Part shown: positions 20,301 through 29,799 of the stretch, piece after piece | Layout of the letters: every line of letters starts with the position of its first letter | How positions within the stretch are numbered: position 1 is the stretch's first letter | IMG/VR virus record: IMGVR_UViG_3300025174_000005 | Length of the DNA: 64,000 nucleotides | Origin: a virus | Reading direction: 5' to 3' (one strand) | Program-made: the position numbers and the translations under genes | The notes under the pieces: generated by a model | What the model saw: only the letters and a program-made list of their open reading frames with translations | Told to the model about the DNA's origin: nothing | Database searches by the model: none

Positions 20301-21928
20301 TTAAGTTCATTAACATGCATAGGACGTACGGGTTTAATAAGTTGTCCTATGGTAGCATTAACTATTGGTCCATAGAAAGCTGTTGATTCTACTAATGGAG
20401 CAGTAAGAGGTGTGGGTCTAGATTCATAAAACTTCTTTTCCCAGTGATAAGGATCTAGATAATGAGGTAGTGGTATTCCTAAATTTTCTAATGTTGGTAG
20501 ACTGGCATATTTATAATATTCACTAGGAGGGAAGAAAGCCTCTCTTGGATGTTCATGAGCTCTACGTACCCATGGAGATTGATATGATTCTATTCTCCCA
20601 CCTCTGAAGAGCTCAGGCGACATAGCTGCCCACCATCTACCCTTACGTACAGGTTCCCTACCTTTCTCGTAATACTCTTCTAGTTCATCCCTGCTTAAGC
20701 CTACGGGTTGATCTACAAATGGATGTGCTACAAGAGATGTTAATTCTGGAGCAATAGAATGTAAGCGTTTAACAAAGGGGGTTATTCCTGTAATGTCCTT
20801 GAGCCATGCTAATCCTAAATTAGCATGCTTATATCCTTCTGCTAATACATCATATGGAGACGTACCAAATACATCTCTAGATTTAGTGTTTAAATAGTTT
20901 AGATAAAATGCTCCTAGAGCTAGAGGAGCAACGCGGCCAAATACTACATTAAGTACAAAGTCAGCAGGCGAAGACATTGCTCCTTCGCCTAAAGCTAGGT
21001 ACTTACCAAACGGAAGGGCTTGGCGTACTTGTTCATTTAGCTTTATGGCCGTACGCATAAAGCCTAAGGATATATCACTAACTTCCCCTGGGTATGCTCT
21101 AGCTTTCCATAGCTCTTTACCTAATCCTCTTACATCTTCCCAGATGGACTGTTGACCAGTGAAGCGTTCACGTATAGTTGACCATTGATTAATCTTAGAA
21201 CGTTCAAAATAATCCGTCCCATGTATTAGATTCTTCCAGAATCCATGTTGTTTAACTTGTTGTTGGAAAGTAAAATCAGATAATTCAGGTACAGCCTGAC
21301 TAAATAGAACACTAAATTCTTTAGAATAGGTGCCAGTAAATTGTTCCTCAGTAGATGTTGCACCTACGAAACCACCACGAGTTAGTTTAAAGCCCTTACC
21401 AAGAACCTCTTTGCTACGAGTACCATATATAGCACCCCTAATATAGATAAGTTCTTCGTCTACATTTTTACTTAAGAAGCGGAGAGAAGGATGTCTTACT
21501 GCCTTACTAAGATTAACTACAAAGGGAGTTTGTGCTTCCTGTACTGCATGACGCAAGCCAACCATACCAGATAGGATATGTCCTGGCCATGTTTCCTCTA
21601 GAACAGTTGTAGCTTTTTGAATAAATGGATGTTTGAGTGCTTGATATCTTAGAGATTCAAGAAGACTCAGTGGACGCTCAGATGCTTCTTGTATACCGCG
21701 TCTGATAGCCTCGGTAGCAGCCCTAGTTGAAGGACCATATCGTAGTTTGCCACCTTGCTCCAAGATCTCAGTAGTAAATTGCTTAGTTACTGCAGCTGAT
21801 CTTCCCCGCAACAATAAAGCAGCTCCTCCTGCTAGGAGGAGCCCACCCATACTCCATTTAAGAAGAGCGCTTCTGCGCTCTTCTGCATCTGGGTCTCGAT
21901 AGACCCCATATTCTTTAAACATGGTCAT
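17351..21928 (-). CDS. Tape measure-like protein with a degenerate SNase (thermonuclease)-like domain
   Basis: 1525 aa directly after two tail chaperones. VKSIIDSQTI...PIRLAGI...LQQALLDAGVAK at about 18890-19190 follows the SNase pattern. Confidence 0.65.
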   Translation of the reverse strand: MTMFKEYGVYRDPDAEERRSALLKWSMGGLLLAGGAALLLRGRSAAVTKQFTTEILEQGGKLRYGPSTRAATEAIRRGIQEASERPLSLLESLRYQALKHPFIQKATTVLEETWPGHILSGMVGLRHAVQEAQTPFVVNLSKAVRHPSLRFLSKNVDEELIYIRGAIYGTRSKEVLGKGFKLTRGGFVGATSTEEQFTGTYSKEFSVLFSQAVPELSDFTFQQQVKQHGFWKNLIHGTDYFERSKINQWSTIRERFTGQQSIWEDVRGLGKELWKARAYPGEVSDISLGFMRTAIKLNEQVRQALPFGKYLALGEGAMSSPADFVLNVVFGRVAPLALGAFYLNYLNTKSRDVFGTSPYDVLAEGYKHANLGLAWLKDITGITPFVKRLHSIAPELTSLVAHPFVDQPVGLSRDELEEYYEKGREPVRKGRWWAAMSPELFRGGRIESYQSPWVRRAHEHPREAFFPPSEYYKYASLPTLENLGIPLPHYLDPYHWEKKFYESRPTPLTAPLVESTAFYGPIVNATIGQLIKPVRPMHVNELKEYFNTLAEQNETTRKVRDEDLYGYVTPGGQVQVTQLQPTPTGAGPTKPIPTTSGHVTDQLADINLNIRQAGARAVAPIPEQQGTTPRYVSRERVLDALAQANEGTRSGRVLDEGVLENLRPLSEVTDINQLTPDIIDQLIHPAGIGVQFAREQESIADIFGLRGYIGKTLVGNKTLEQYRLAQPEYTSLERYLYRDLNIGGFSPDLPVMGELSEIFRRALSRRGYEERAKEINPLLNTQPSWLPGTGSIEPDYFINFHRADPYSALPRGEARLPGPGYASIHGLPQDISMEQYPLMDRLEILADVAPYSKTFKSYLDYATHVLEPTGLQGQDRINIENARTRIAAIRKEVAKRKKRYNFAPYRFRYAGDVEEHTLTVKSIIDSQTILTEELANPIRLAGIRAAIGKDKEGLQALEITQQFAPIGGKIKVILNKDPLIQVADDTLQTMHAVVFDEQGRKLQQALLDAGVAKEKVTDYSPTGIQARFSGMEIGLGKSLEWFSHMTIPIPIVGTIKQKFLQTDSALEYYRRRMVYGANFYNWTNPLGIIGQAIQGWAAESPIHGLIGGATLGLFLGRTGPVAAKYLEQRTLSTLERWYVRMGRSKGVLGAIGGIAGLSYSLYLKATHAIPGKLQHRRDTEEYFDILRYMKYQRLYGAAISNIKDTTGIDVDRLLNLLEGQGEARKNEQRRLTSHKRHFLRRGLHGSHLLELLKTERELQQLTAKSEKTKEDKHHIKQLRKIRKRIASKDKHLREHISRKYTKRLGDLSKETQVIPLTEEIARAIQYRDLAKTTLYGVDPHGAMLDIFRAIPSREREFMVEFMKAPPKERSEILNLVPHNMRRVLEAKWRMPIEDRPDLEEYFKNHFLPPPDWHGWSPDANLEDYKIKVMKNEGLDMAEMGYYGPRVEAAERQGVLDIQPFVPRDGGHLKDYLHHILGGQGLENLFITVEDTPSENPDIQIDMRVKHEREDQIREFIRKDGHMLLR

Positions 21929-22530
21929 GGCCCTATGTTGTTAGCTCCAAACATCTTTTGGATGATTGCTTCGCGTTCCTGATCTCTACTGCGAGGTGAT
22001 GGATTATTGACTTCAGATCTGATTCGTCTACGATATATATCTTCAGCTGTTGGAGGGGGTTTGAGTTGTACTGGATTGAGCACTAGGTTCTCATGCATCC
22101 ACTCTGCACGGCTATAATGATATAATAGCTCTTGCATAGACATCTTTTTTATTTCCCACAATGGCATTACAAAGTATCTAGCAACTATAGCTTCTATCTT
22201 ATCTTGAAATGAACCGTTAGCTTCTAGCTCATCTCTATAGGCACAAAGCAAACTAGTTGCTTTAGGTCCCCATCCTGATGCTGTAAGTATTGCTTCTGAT
22301 AACCCTGAAGCAACTCCCATAGGAAGCTCTAGTAAATCTATATCTTTTGGGTATAAAATACATAACTTACATAGTAACTCTTCTCGTTCACACTCATTAG
22401 TAAATCCCATAAGAGCTTGTTGCTCAAATAGCTTAAGAGATCTAAAAATAAAATTCCATTGTAGAATTTTAACTTGGTAGATCCCTCTATATTCAAGTTT
22501 CCAATTAAGGATCTGTTCGGGAGTAATCAT
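21925..22530 (-). CDS. Tail assembly chaperone (paralog 2)
   Basis: Between tube genes and TMP; shares the W....IY...FR.L...E...EE.....LYP...G....L...SG(W/F) pattern with 22553..22954. Confidence 0.65.
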   Translation of the reverse strand: MITPEQILNWKLEYRGIYQVKILQWNFIFRSLKLFEQQALMGFTNECEREELLCKLCILYPKDIDLLELPMGVASGLSEAILTASGWGPKATSLLCAYRDELEANGSFQDKIEAIVARYFVMPLWEIKKMSMQELLYHYSRAEWMHENLVLNPVQLKPPPTAEDIYRRRIRSEVNNPSPRSRDQEREAIIQKMFGANNIGP

Positions 22531-22552
22531 TACATATTATTTTAATTAAGTA

Positions 22553-22954
22553 TTAAAGTGGGATTGGGGGTGGCGCATTAAAACCTGAGACCTCTAGTAA
22601 TTGTTTAACTATCGTACCAGGTATACCTGCTTTTTTACCAATTAGATCTGTTTGAGTAATAGCTGGCCATAAAATCACTTTTGAAGTCAATATCTCTTCA
22701 AATAATAATTCATCTGTCCCAGAATTCTCACTAAACAATCTCTTATATTCAGCTCGGTTAATACCACGCCAGATTATAACCTCATCCATAAAATCCGTAG
22801 CATAGATATTAGTATGTACTTGTTTCCAATAATCTCTCTGAGCAATAGTTGGACCTCCTGGAAACAAAACCTCCTGTCCAGCTTCATTGTAATACTTCTT
22901 AGGTTCTGGAACAACTTGAGGAACCTGCTCTATTACAGTAGTATCTTCTGACAT
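22553..22954 (-). CDS. Tail assembly chaperone (paralog 1)
   Basis: 133 aa, synteny, AAGGAG RBS upstream, paralogous to the adjacent gene. Confidence 0.65.
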   Translation of the reverse strand: MSEDTTVIEQVPQVVPEPKKYYNEAGQEVLFPGGPTIAQRDYWKQVHTNIYATDFMDEVIIWRGINRAEYKRLFSENSGTDELLFEEILTSKVILWPAITQTDLIGKKAGIPGTIVKQLLEVSGFNAPPPIPL

Positions 22955-23004
22955 ATGATTCTCCTTTTAAAACAAATAAGATTCTAATAGGCTTTGCCTA
23001 TCTT

Positions 23005-23034
23005 ATTATAGCATTACTAAAGAATATTATGCAA
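23005..23034 (-). promoter_or_regulatory. Sigma70/SigA-type promoter candidate
   Basis: Minus strand reads TTGCAT-N18-TATAAT with an extended TG, upstream of the chaperone gene. Confidence 0.55.
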
Positions 23035-23042
23035 ATATATAG

Positions 23043-23837
23043 TTATGGTTCGGGGAAGGAAATATTATTCTGTCGCTTACGCTCATCAGGTATACGAGCT
23101 CGCAGATTAATATCTTTAGCAAGAAAAGTAAATTGTTCCATAATAGGTTGTCCTGTTATGTCAGTAACTTGCTGTACTGACATAGGATAGATATAGTCTA
23201 TTGATCTAACATCGGCAAATCTGTTATTGATATCATTATGTAGATTACTAGTATCTTCCCTATATCCATATGTAATAAAAATATGTAGTGGTGGAAATTG
23301 TATGGATTTGGGATCGTCTTCTTGAATATCTTGGAAGTAGGGTGTTTGTCTTGCAAATTGTTGTAAGTTAGTAGTTGAACCTTGAGATACCGACCAATAT
23401 CTTCCGCGTTGTCTATCTAAGAAGTCTTGGAAGTCTACATCTACTGGTCCATCAAAAGCACTACTAGCACTAGTGTTTAAATCATATATGTTGGTGGATT
23501 CATTTGCTATGCTGGTTAAATCATTACCTAGATCATTAATATAACTAGATGGTTCTGGGAAGCTCTTACCGTAGTTATAAAGATATTCATGTAAGTATAG
23601 TGCTCCTCTTAAATTGATGTGAAACGTACCACGCACCAATCTAGTACCGCGTATGATTCTATTCGCTATATAATCCGCATGTCCATAGATTGGTTGTAGC
23701 TGTTCTTCTAGTGAAAATTGTAAGTTAACCACATCACTTACCCATTGATCGTTAAGGAAGATAGCTACATCCGCACCTGAGAAATACTGAGCGGGATATG
23801 CTCTACTTATGGGTATGGGATTATATTCGATAGCCAT
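23043..23837 (-). CDS. Tail tube-like protein 3 (tube initiator-like)
   Basis: YFSGADVAIF...L...LQPIYG.....GTRLVRGT...FIA shared with the two upstream tube-like genes. Confidence 0.65.
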   Translation of the reverse strand: MAIEYNPIPISRAYPAQYFSGADVAIFLNDQWVSDVVNLQFSLEEQLQPIYGHADYIANRIIRGTRLVRGTFHINLRGALYLHEYLYNYGKSFPEPSSYINDLGNDLTSIANESTNIYDLNTSASSAFDGPVDVDFQDFLDRQRGRYWSVSQGSTTNLQQFARQTPYFQDIQEDDPKSIQFPPLHIFITYGYREDTSNLHNDINNRFADVRSIDYIYPMSVQQVTDITGQPIMEQFTFLAKDINLRARIPDERKRQNNISFPEP

Positions 23838-24520
23838 TAGGCTATACCACCCGTGCTAGGTATATCGACTGTTTTATCTGTAAATATAGTATTGCCTGGA
23901 TTAATATATATGGGTATAAGTGGTTTATATGCAAGTGCCTGGTAGGTCATAGTTTGCTCTGTCATTAAATCATCTATGGATATTGTCATGCCATCATCTA
24001 CTATTGTAATACCCTTAATCGTAGCCGTACACATCTGCCCGTATTCATTAGCTACTGTCATGGTAATATCAAATGGGGGTAGTGAATCTGCCATAAGATA
24101 ATTAGGTGGTGTAATTACACTTTTAGGATAATAAACCGACTTTGTATTCCACATATTAAGTAATTCTTGACGAATATCATGCAGAGCATATTTATCAAAT
24201 ACGGCAAAAATTAACGTGCCTGCGTAGGTGCGATGCCCACTAGTAAATCCCTTTGGACTTCTAAAGCCTAATGCGCGAACAGGTATCTTATCTGTATGTG
24301 TAGAAATAGATAGTGTTTGTAGATTACCTATGATATAGGTCTTTCCACTAGCCTTACCAGCAGGAATACCTTTAATTTCTAATTCCTGACTACGTAGAGG
24401 AATAGTAATAGATGCCACCATATCAACACCAGCAAAAGACGAGTAATTGCCAATAGCCTTATACATAGCATCTTTACTGTTATAGAATCTGGTTTGTTGG
24501 CTAAGAGAACCACTTGCCAT
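23837..24520 (-). CDS. Tail tube-like protein 2
   Basis: SFAGVD..ASI...LQTLSIST...PVRALG..PKGFT.G.R..AGTLIF..FD...LPPFDITMT.ANEYG; clear paralog of 24659..25447. Confidence 0.75.
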   Translation of the reverse strand: MASGSLSQQTRFYNSKDAMYKAIGNYSSFAGVDMVASITIPLRSQELEIKGIPAGKASGKTYIIGNLQTLSISTHTDKIPVRALGFRSPKGFTSGHRTYAGTLIFAVFDKYALHDIRQELLNMWNTKSVYYPKSVITPPNYLMADSLPPFDITMTVANEYGQMCTATIKGITIVDDGMTISIDDLMTEQTMTYQALAYKPLIPIYINPGNTIFTDKTVDIPSTGGIA

Positions 24521-24609
24521 ATAAGCTCCTTAGGGGAATAGTTACTTAGCTAGGCTTAGCTAATAAGTTCTTAGGTGTGCACTATACTACTTATCTAAGT
24601 AGTATAATA

Positions 24610-24638
24610 GAAGGAGCGGGATAATATCCCGCTCCTTC
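24610..24638 (-). terminator. Intrinsic terminator hairpin after the major tube gene
   Basis: GAAGGAGCGGGAT-AAT-ATCCCGCTCCTTC, 13-bp stem. Confidence 0.75.
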
Positions 24639-24658
24639 CCTGTAATTTATATTACCTA

Positions 24659-25447
24659 TTATCCGAGGCTATTATTACTGAACTGAGATGACTGAGGTGA
24701 AGTTAAGGGAAGTCTTGAATGGGTTAGGTTATTGAGCATATCAATACCGCTAGGTTGTTTAGCACCATGGACTTCGATAAGATTACCAACCCTACCCTTA
24801 CCAGCTGTTTTAAACCCAGGTCTCATTCGATCAATACCACGAGCAACATATGTGTATGCTTGATTGATTTGAAGATCGTCGATAGATATACCTGTGCCAT
24901 TATTTAAGATTTCCATCTTATATATTGTCATATAAGAAGCCGCACCATATTCATTAGCAAAAGTAATGGTAATATCAAGCGGAGGTAATTGGTCGGCGTA
25001 GTTATACTCTAGTTGAACAAATGGATTTCCAACAAAATCCTTCTGAGCATTAGCTGCTTGCTGGTTAACACGAGTATAATCATCTATACTATATATTCTA
25101 TTAAACTCAGGAACATTGTTGCGTAGTGAGGTATATGCAGCTATATTACCAGCTGCTGTAAATCCAGGTACAAGATCTTTATCTATAGCACCAAGTACCT
25201 CACTCATTAATGCATCCCTATCAAATGTAACAAATACTAATGTTCCAGCTATTCCACGCTTACCTCTTGTGAAGGAAACTGGATCTGGTGAACCCATAAC
25301 GAATACTGGTCCCTTTTCACGGTTAGTAGAAACCGTTACGCTTTGTAAATTAGCTATAACCACACCATTAAACGAAGCTACTGCATCAGCACCCGAATAT
25401 GATGTATAGGTACCAGTAGCCGCATCTTGTAACGCAATGTTTGCCAT
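24659..25447 (-). CDS. Major tail tube protein
   Basis: SYSGAD...LQSVTVS..REK.PVFVMG.PDPVSFTRGKRGIAGTLVF; directly follows the sheath gene. Confidence 0.8.
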   Translation of the reverse strand: MANIALQDAATGTYTSYSGADAVASFNGVVIANLQSVTVSTNREKGPVFVMGSPDPVSFTRGKRGIAGTLVFVTFDRDALMSEVLGAIDKDLVPGFTAAGNIAAYTSLRNNVPEFNRIYSIDDYTRVNQQAANAQKDFVGNPFVQLEYNYADQLPPLDITITFANEYGAASYMTIYKMEILNNGTGISIDDLQINQAYTYVARGIDRMRPGFKTAGKGRVGNLIEVHGAKQPSGIDMLNNLTHSRLPLTSPQSSQFSNNSLG

Positions 25448-25462
25448 TGACTACTCCTCCTC

Positions 25463-27106
25463 TTACGATTGTCTAACGATTACTGGTCTTAAGGATACTC
25501 TTGCGCGTATTTTCTTAAGTTCAAGCGCTGGTACTAAGATAAGGTCGATAAAACATTGTCCTAGAATCTTATCATTAATGGATTGTATGATTTCAAACTC
25601 GAAATCCTCTAATACACCAGCGTCTTTCAGGGAGTTTAAAACCCCTTCTATATTTGTTGCCATTGCATTCTTTTGTATATTATTAAATACTTCGCCAATA
25701 AATGGTTCGCATACACGCCTTACCATACCAACTGTAACTTGTGTAATACGTAGAGTAGAAGCATTATGGTAGTCGGAAGTAAAACCTACACCTGTAGGAT
25801 CCCACAGTCCATATGTTACGCCATCTACAACAGAAGGATTACCTGACGTACTCTGGAATGTAACTATACGAGCTGTTGCTATCTTATTGGCATTATGTGC
25901 TCCATAGTGAAAGTGTAATCCACGAGAGTTCCGAATAGGTTTTCGTGTGGAACCACTACTTAGCAACATACTAGCAAGTAATCCTGCATATGCAGCTTCT
26001 GATGTAGATAGTGTTTCTCCAAAATTACGCAGTCTGTATGATTGTCTTCCTTCAAGTAAGCTTATGTAGAACCCCATATGAAATGTATTGCCTGATTCTG
26101 GATCTAGAAGTTCAGATGGAGTTGGAGTAGCTGTTGTAGTATAATCATCCGTAGCATCCATATTAAAATCTAATGTTGATAGTAAATCTGCTCTATCTGT
26201 GATACGTTGAAGAGTAGGGTTCTCTAGCGGGTCCATAGATAGTGCACCCATTAATTCATTGTTTCGTCCACTAGCTCTGAAGCAGAAGAGAGCAAGATTC
26301 CTTGCGTTTCTAAGATCGTCACCATTAGCACTTGGACCTACATATGCACCAAGAGGCACTACGTAATCAACATCTGCAAAGTCTTCTAAGTTCTTATAGG
26401 CTTGAACTAAAGCATCTCTGTAATCTACATCTGTAACATCTAATTGGTTAGAACCACCTGATAGTACTGTTGATGCCATAATATCTAATGGGGCAGAAAT
26501 AATGGTTTCGCCAGGGTTAGTAGCGATTAAACGTGCTTTGGCTAAAAATGCTTTTCTGTCTACAGCGTCTGTAAGATCTGACCAGTAAACATAATCAGAT
26601 AAAGTAAACGTTTGTGTATTGGCAGCATCTAACACGAAGGTTAATACGCCACCAACTACTAATTTCTTAAACGGTGTAATCTTTAATTGTGTAGCAGTTA
26701 CCTCTACTTCTATTGTATTGTATCTTTCACCAGGATATACTGATTGAGCAAGTAATGGTGTTGGATTACCAATAGTAGATGAAGCAAGTGTAAGTTCAGC
26801 GAATGTTCCTGTAGCACGCATAAGCCAAATATCCGTACAACCAGCCATATAGGTTTCATTCATATGGAGTGTAAGGGCTTTTGATTTTTCGCGCTTGGTC
26901 ATTGTAGTTCTTGGTAAACCAAAAACCTGGTCTCCAAACTCTAAGCTAGTTAATCTAACTGGAGTAAGTAACGGTCCATCCTCTGATGTTCCAATTAATA
27001 CAACAGCCTGTGTTAGTGTTGAAGGCGGTGGAATTAATTTAAGACCACCGTCATTTACTTCGGCAACAAACCCTGGTAGGTTTGGAAAGATATCTGGGTT
27101 AGCCAT
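25463..27106 (-). CDS. Tail sheath protein (main)
   Basis: N-terminal PGF..EV.DG / LIGTSEDGPL..PV; C-terminal LRITQ.TV..VR..CEPFIGE...LVPALELKKI, typical of contractile sheaths. Confidence 0.85.
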   Translation of the reverse strand: MANPDIFPNLPGFVAEVNDGGLKLIPPPSTLTQAVVLIGTSEDGPLLTPVRLTSLEFGDQVFGLPRTTMTKREKSKALTLHMNETYMAGCTDIWLMRATGTFAELTLASSTIGNPTPLLAQSVYPGERYNTIEVEVTATQLKITPFKKLVVGGVLTFVLDAANTQTFTLSDYVYWSDLTDAVDRKAFLAKARLIATNPGETIISAPLDIMASTVLSGGSNQLDVTDVDYRDALVQAYKNLEDFADVDYVVPLGAYVGPSANGDDLRNARNLALFCFRASGRNNELMGALSMDPLENPTLQRITDRADLLSTLDFNMDATDDYTTTATPTPSELLDPESGNTFHMGFYISLLEGRQSYRLRNFGETLSTSEAAYAGLLASMLLSSGSTRKPIRNSRGLHFHYGAHNANKIATARIVTFQSTSGNPSVVDGVTYGLWDPTGVGFTSDYHNASTLRITQVTVGMVRRVCEPFIGEVFNNIQKNAMATNIEGVLNSLKDAGVLEDFEFEIIQSINDKILGQCFIDLILVPALELKKIRARVSLRPVIVRQS

Positions 27107-27142
27107 TTACCGACTTCCTCCTTCTTATTATTTCTTATTAAC

Positions 27143-27865
27143 TTATGGTGCAGGCACAATTGGCGATCTATCTATACCACCTATATCGGTTAAGATAGTC
27201 TCGTTCTCTGTTCCTCCCAATTTATCCGATATACCTGTTTTTATAATTACTTCACGCAATCTGGCTACAGATTGCGGAACTAGTTCATCAAACACTATCA
27301 TATATTGTACTGGACGCACATGTATTTCTGATGCTCCTTCACTGCGCCTAACTGTTTCATCAGACTCTTGTGAAAGAAATATCATTTGCTGCACGCCGTG
27401 AGCCATAATCATACCTTGATATATAATCATAAACTCTTTAAATCGCTTAACCAATAGGTTTGATTCCCTATTCGTGTCAGCATGCACCCTAAACTCTATA
27501 ATAGCTTGCTTCCATTGACCCCATACCTGAATCCAATCATCTTTGGAGTTGGGATCAGGAACAATTTCACGTATGCGTGGCTTCAAATCCTTACGTCCTG
27601 AGCCATCATGTGGTACTTCCTTAATTAGTTTCATTGTAATAATAGGTAGTGGTATATCTTTTGCGTTATTATCTTTTGGATCGCTTTCTGTAAAAGTCAC
27701 TGGCTTCTGTAGGTCTTCAAAATCTATGGCAATTATCTTAGCAAGTAGATCTAGTAGACCTGTGAAATCAGCAGCAGTACGATCTTGCGACCTCTGTAGG
27801 GGAGGACGTGTTTCTATGTGTAGTGATGATGTCTTATAAAAGTGTTGCTCTGATGCGTGTGACAT
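27143..27865 (-). CDS. Tail completion / terminator protein
   Basis: Position upstream of the sheath; motif PIITMKLIK..P...LKPRIRE...IEFRVHA.TN.E. Confidence 0.5.
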   Translation of the reverse strand: MSHASEQHFYKTSSLHIETRPPLQRSQDRTAADFTGLLDLLAKIIAIDFEDLQKPVTFTESDPKDNNAKDIPLPIITMKLIKEVPHDGSGRKDLKPRIREIVPDPNSKDDWIQVWGQWKQAIIEFRVHADTNRESNLLVKRFKEFMIIYQGMIMAHGVQQMIFLSQESDETVRRSEGASEIHVRPVQYMIVFDELVPQSVARLREVIIKTGISDKLGGTENETILTDIGGIDRSPIVPAP

Positions 27866-27877
27866 TTATAACTCCCT

Positions 27878-29140
27878 TTAAGCTACTCTCAATAATAGTT
27901 TAAGAGCTACCTGTATGGCTGTAACTTCAAATATAGGTACTATATCTAACATAATGGTTGCTTCTCCTCGTAACCTATCTATATCAATTCTAAAAGAATA
28001 GTCAATAATATATTTTAGTGATTTAATACGCTCTAAAGTATTGCGTACTTTCTCATTTAATTTAATTGTATTCAATAATTCACCTATCATTGGTTCTACA
28101 GCATACTTCATTGTGTTTATAACATACTGTGTAATACGTAGATTAACAAAACTCCTATAATCATATTCTGTACCAGTAACTCCTAAGTAAACTAGAGATT
28201 CCTTAGATGCACTCCACTTCGTTGCTGTGTATCCATAGTTGGCCAAGGTGGATAGATTAATAGCACTTAGTAGTTCTTTAGGCTTAGATAGTAACTTCTT
28301 ATTTGTGGGGCTAACTGAAGGCGTTAAAGAGGCTACTAGACCAGCATAGCTGTGTGCCATGTGATTTATGTATTGCCCAGCGGTACTCTGATTAATTACT
28401 AGATTGCCTACTGTCATAATTACATATTTAGCTGGATCAAATATGTCATCGCCTATATATATAAGGTTAGTTACTAATTGATCTGATACATTAGCAACAC
28501 TAAGATTTCTGAAAGTAAGATCCACTGGATTATTCTGTCTGGTTACTTTAGGCACTACAACAGAAGAGCGGTGGTCTCCTAGAAACGCTATATAGTCTGC
28601 TGTACCAGGATCTACTACGGGGAATGTAACTAGTGGTCCATCATCATCTACAGTTAATCCAAAAAAGAAGCCCCCAGGACTTATTAGGAAATCACCAGAT
28701 ATACCTGTGTTATCTGGGGCCTGCATAATAGTATATGTGATGTACCCTAGGTTTTCTTTTACATAACTATGGTTAGCAAATAACCTAATAATATTATCAT
28801 CGGTATTACAATGTACGGGACACAATATATCCACAGGAAAGTCTAATAATGAATTGAGTAGTGTTGGTAAGTTGGCTGAATGAAATGTGCCTTCATCTAT
28901 ACCCATAGCGTATATGCGTCCTGGACCATAGTCTATTGCTTCACAAATAGCCTTAGATAGCTCACTATCACCAAATAGGCGTACCGCTTGTTCTAAGCTG
29001 TCTATGATATATATAGAACCAATTACTGAAGGATCGGATATTGCACTAGTAGATAGTTCCCCCAAGAACATAACTGTTTGACCAATACTAACGTCTCTAA
29101 CTAAAACCTGATCTGCTATCCACTCTACTCTTACTGGCAT
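27878..29140 (-). CDS. Second tail sheath-like protein
   Basis: C-terminus LRITQYVINTMKYAVEPMIGE...DYSF...LDIVPIFEVTAI is homologous to the C-terminus of 25463..27106. Confidence 0.75.
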   Translation of the reverse strand: MPVRVEWIADQVLVRDVSIGQTVMFLGELSTSAISDPSVIGSIYIIDSLEQAVRLFGDSELSKAICEAIDYGPGRIYAMGIDEGTFHSANLPTLLNSLLDFPVDILCPVHCNTDDNIIRLFANHSYVKENLGYITYTIMQAPDNTGISGDFLISPGGFFFGLTVDDDGPLVTFPVVDPGTADYIAFLGDHRSSVVVPKVTRQNNPVDLTFRNLSVANVSDQLVTNLIYIGDDIFDPAKYVIMTVGNLVINQSTAGQYINHMAHSYAGLVASLTPSVSPTNKKLLSKPKELLSAINLSTLANYGYTATKWSASKESLVYLGVTGTEYDYRSFVNLRITQYVINTMKYAVEPMIGELLNTIKLNEKVRNTLERIKSLKYIIDYSFRIDIDRLRGEATIMLDIVPIFEVTAIQVALKLLLRVA

Positions 29141-29142
29141 AA

Positions 29143-29781
29143 CTATTTACCTTTGTTTTTAAACTCGATTGTATAATTAACTAAGTTTCTATTCTTACGT
29201 ACGTTAATCTTACGTACTGATCTATTAAGGTATTCTTCTTTGCATGCACAGGTATAATACTCTATACGCCCATTATCAGCTCGATTAGCATGAGAATAGT
29301 GTATTGAGTAAACCTCCACTATACTTTTGGGTATGCCATTATGTGGACTAGGGACCCAGGTTACTTCGTATATAATGTCTTGTATACTTGGATTAACCCA
29401 GTGTTTGAAGTAGAATACTTTATCGTGTTTAGCTATTCTACCTGGATTCTCTATGGTATCTGGGGACATAGAATCATCCCATCTACGTGTTAAAACCTTT
29501 TCTATTATAGGAACGTAACCTTCTCCATCACATATGGCACAGTCTCTAACTGCACTTTCTTGTGTGTGGAAATCAAAACAATCACAGTGGAGCTTCTTAT
29601 TATTTCTACGTATTAAAACGTAATGTCCCCACTTATCTAATATTTCATTAATCTTCTGGCGTAAATCTAAACCCAAACCTCCACGAGATGTTTCAAATGC
29701 TTGTATGAGTGATGTTTGGTTGACCATATCACCTAAGGTATGGGTTTGTCTGCCTAAGTAGGTTGTTTGCTTAAATGTCAT
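29143..29781 (-). CDS. Head closure / neck protein
   Basis: C.C....CAICDGEGY zinc-finger motif within a neck-position gene. Confidence 0.55.
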   Translation of the reverse strand: MTFKQTTYLGRQTHTLGDMVNQTSLIQAFETSRGGLGLDLRQKINEILDKWGHYVLIRRNNKKLHCDCFDFHTQESAVRDCAICDGEGYVPIIEKVLTRRWDDSMSPDTIENPGRIAKHDKVFYFKHWVNPSIQDIIYEVTWVPSPHNGIPKSIVEVYSIHYSHANRADNGRIEYYTCACKEEYLNRSVRKINVRKNRNLVNYTIEFKNKGK

Positions 29782-29799
29782 TTATAAAGTGAAGCTCCT

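Noticed and set aside
21925-22954. Lambda G/GT-type programmed frameshift in the tail chaperones
   Set aside because: Two separate paralogous ORFs, each with its own start. The intergenic gap contains stop codons and I see no clear slippery heptamer.
23043-29140. Extracellular contractile injection system / tailocin
   Set aside because: Terminase, portal, protease and major capsid genes are contiguous, so this is a phage.
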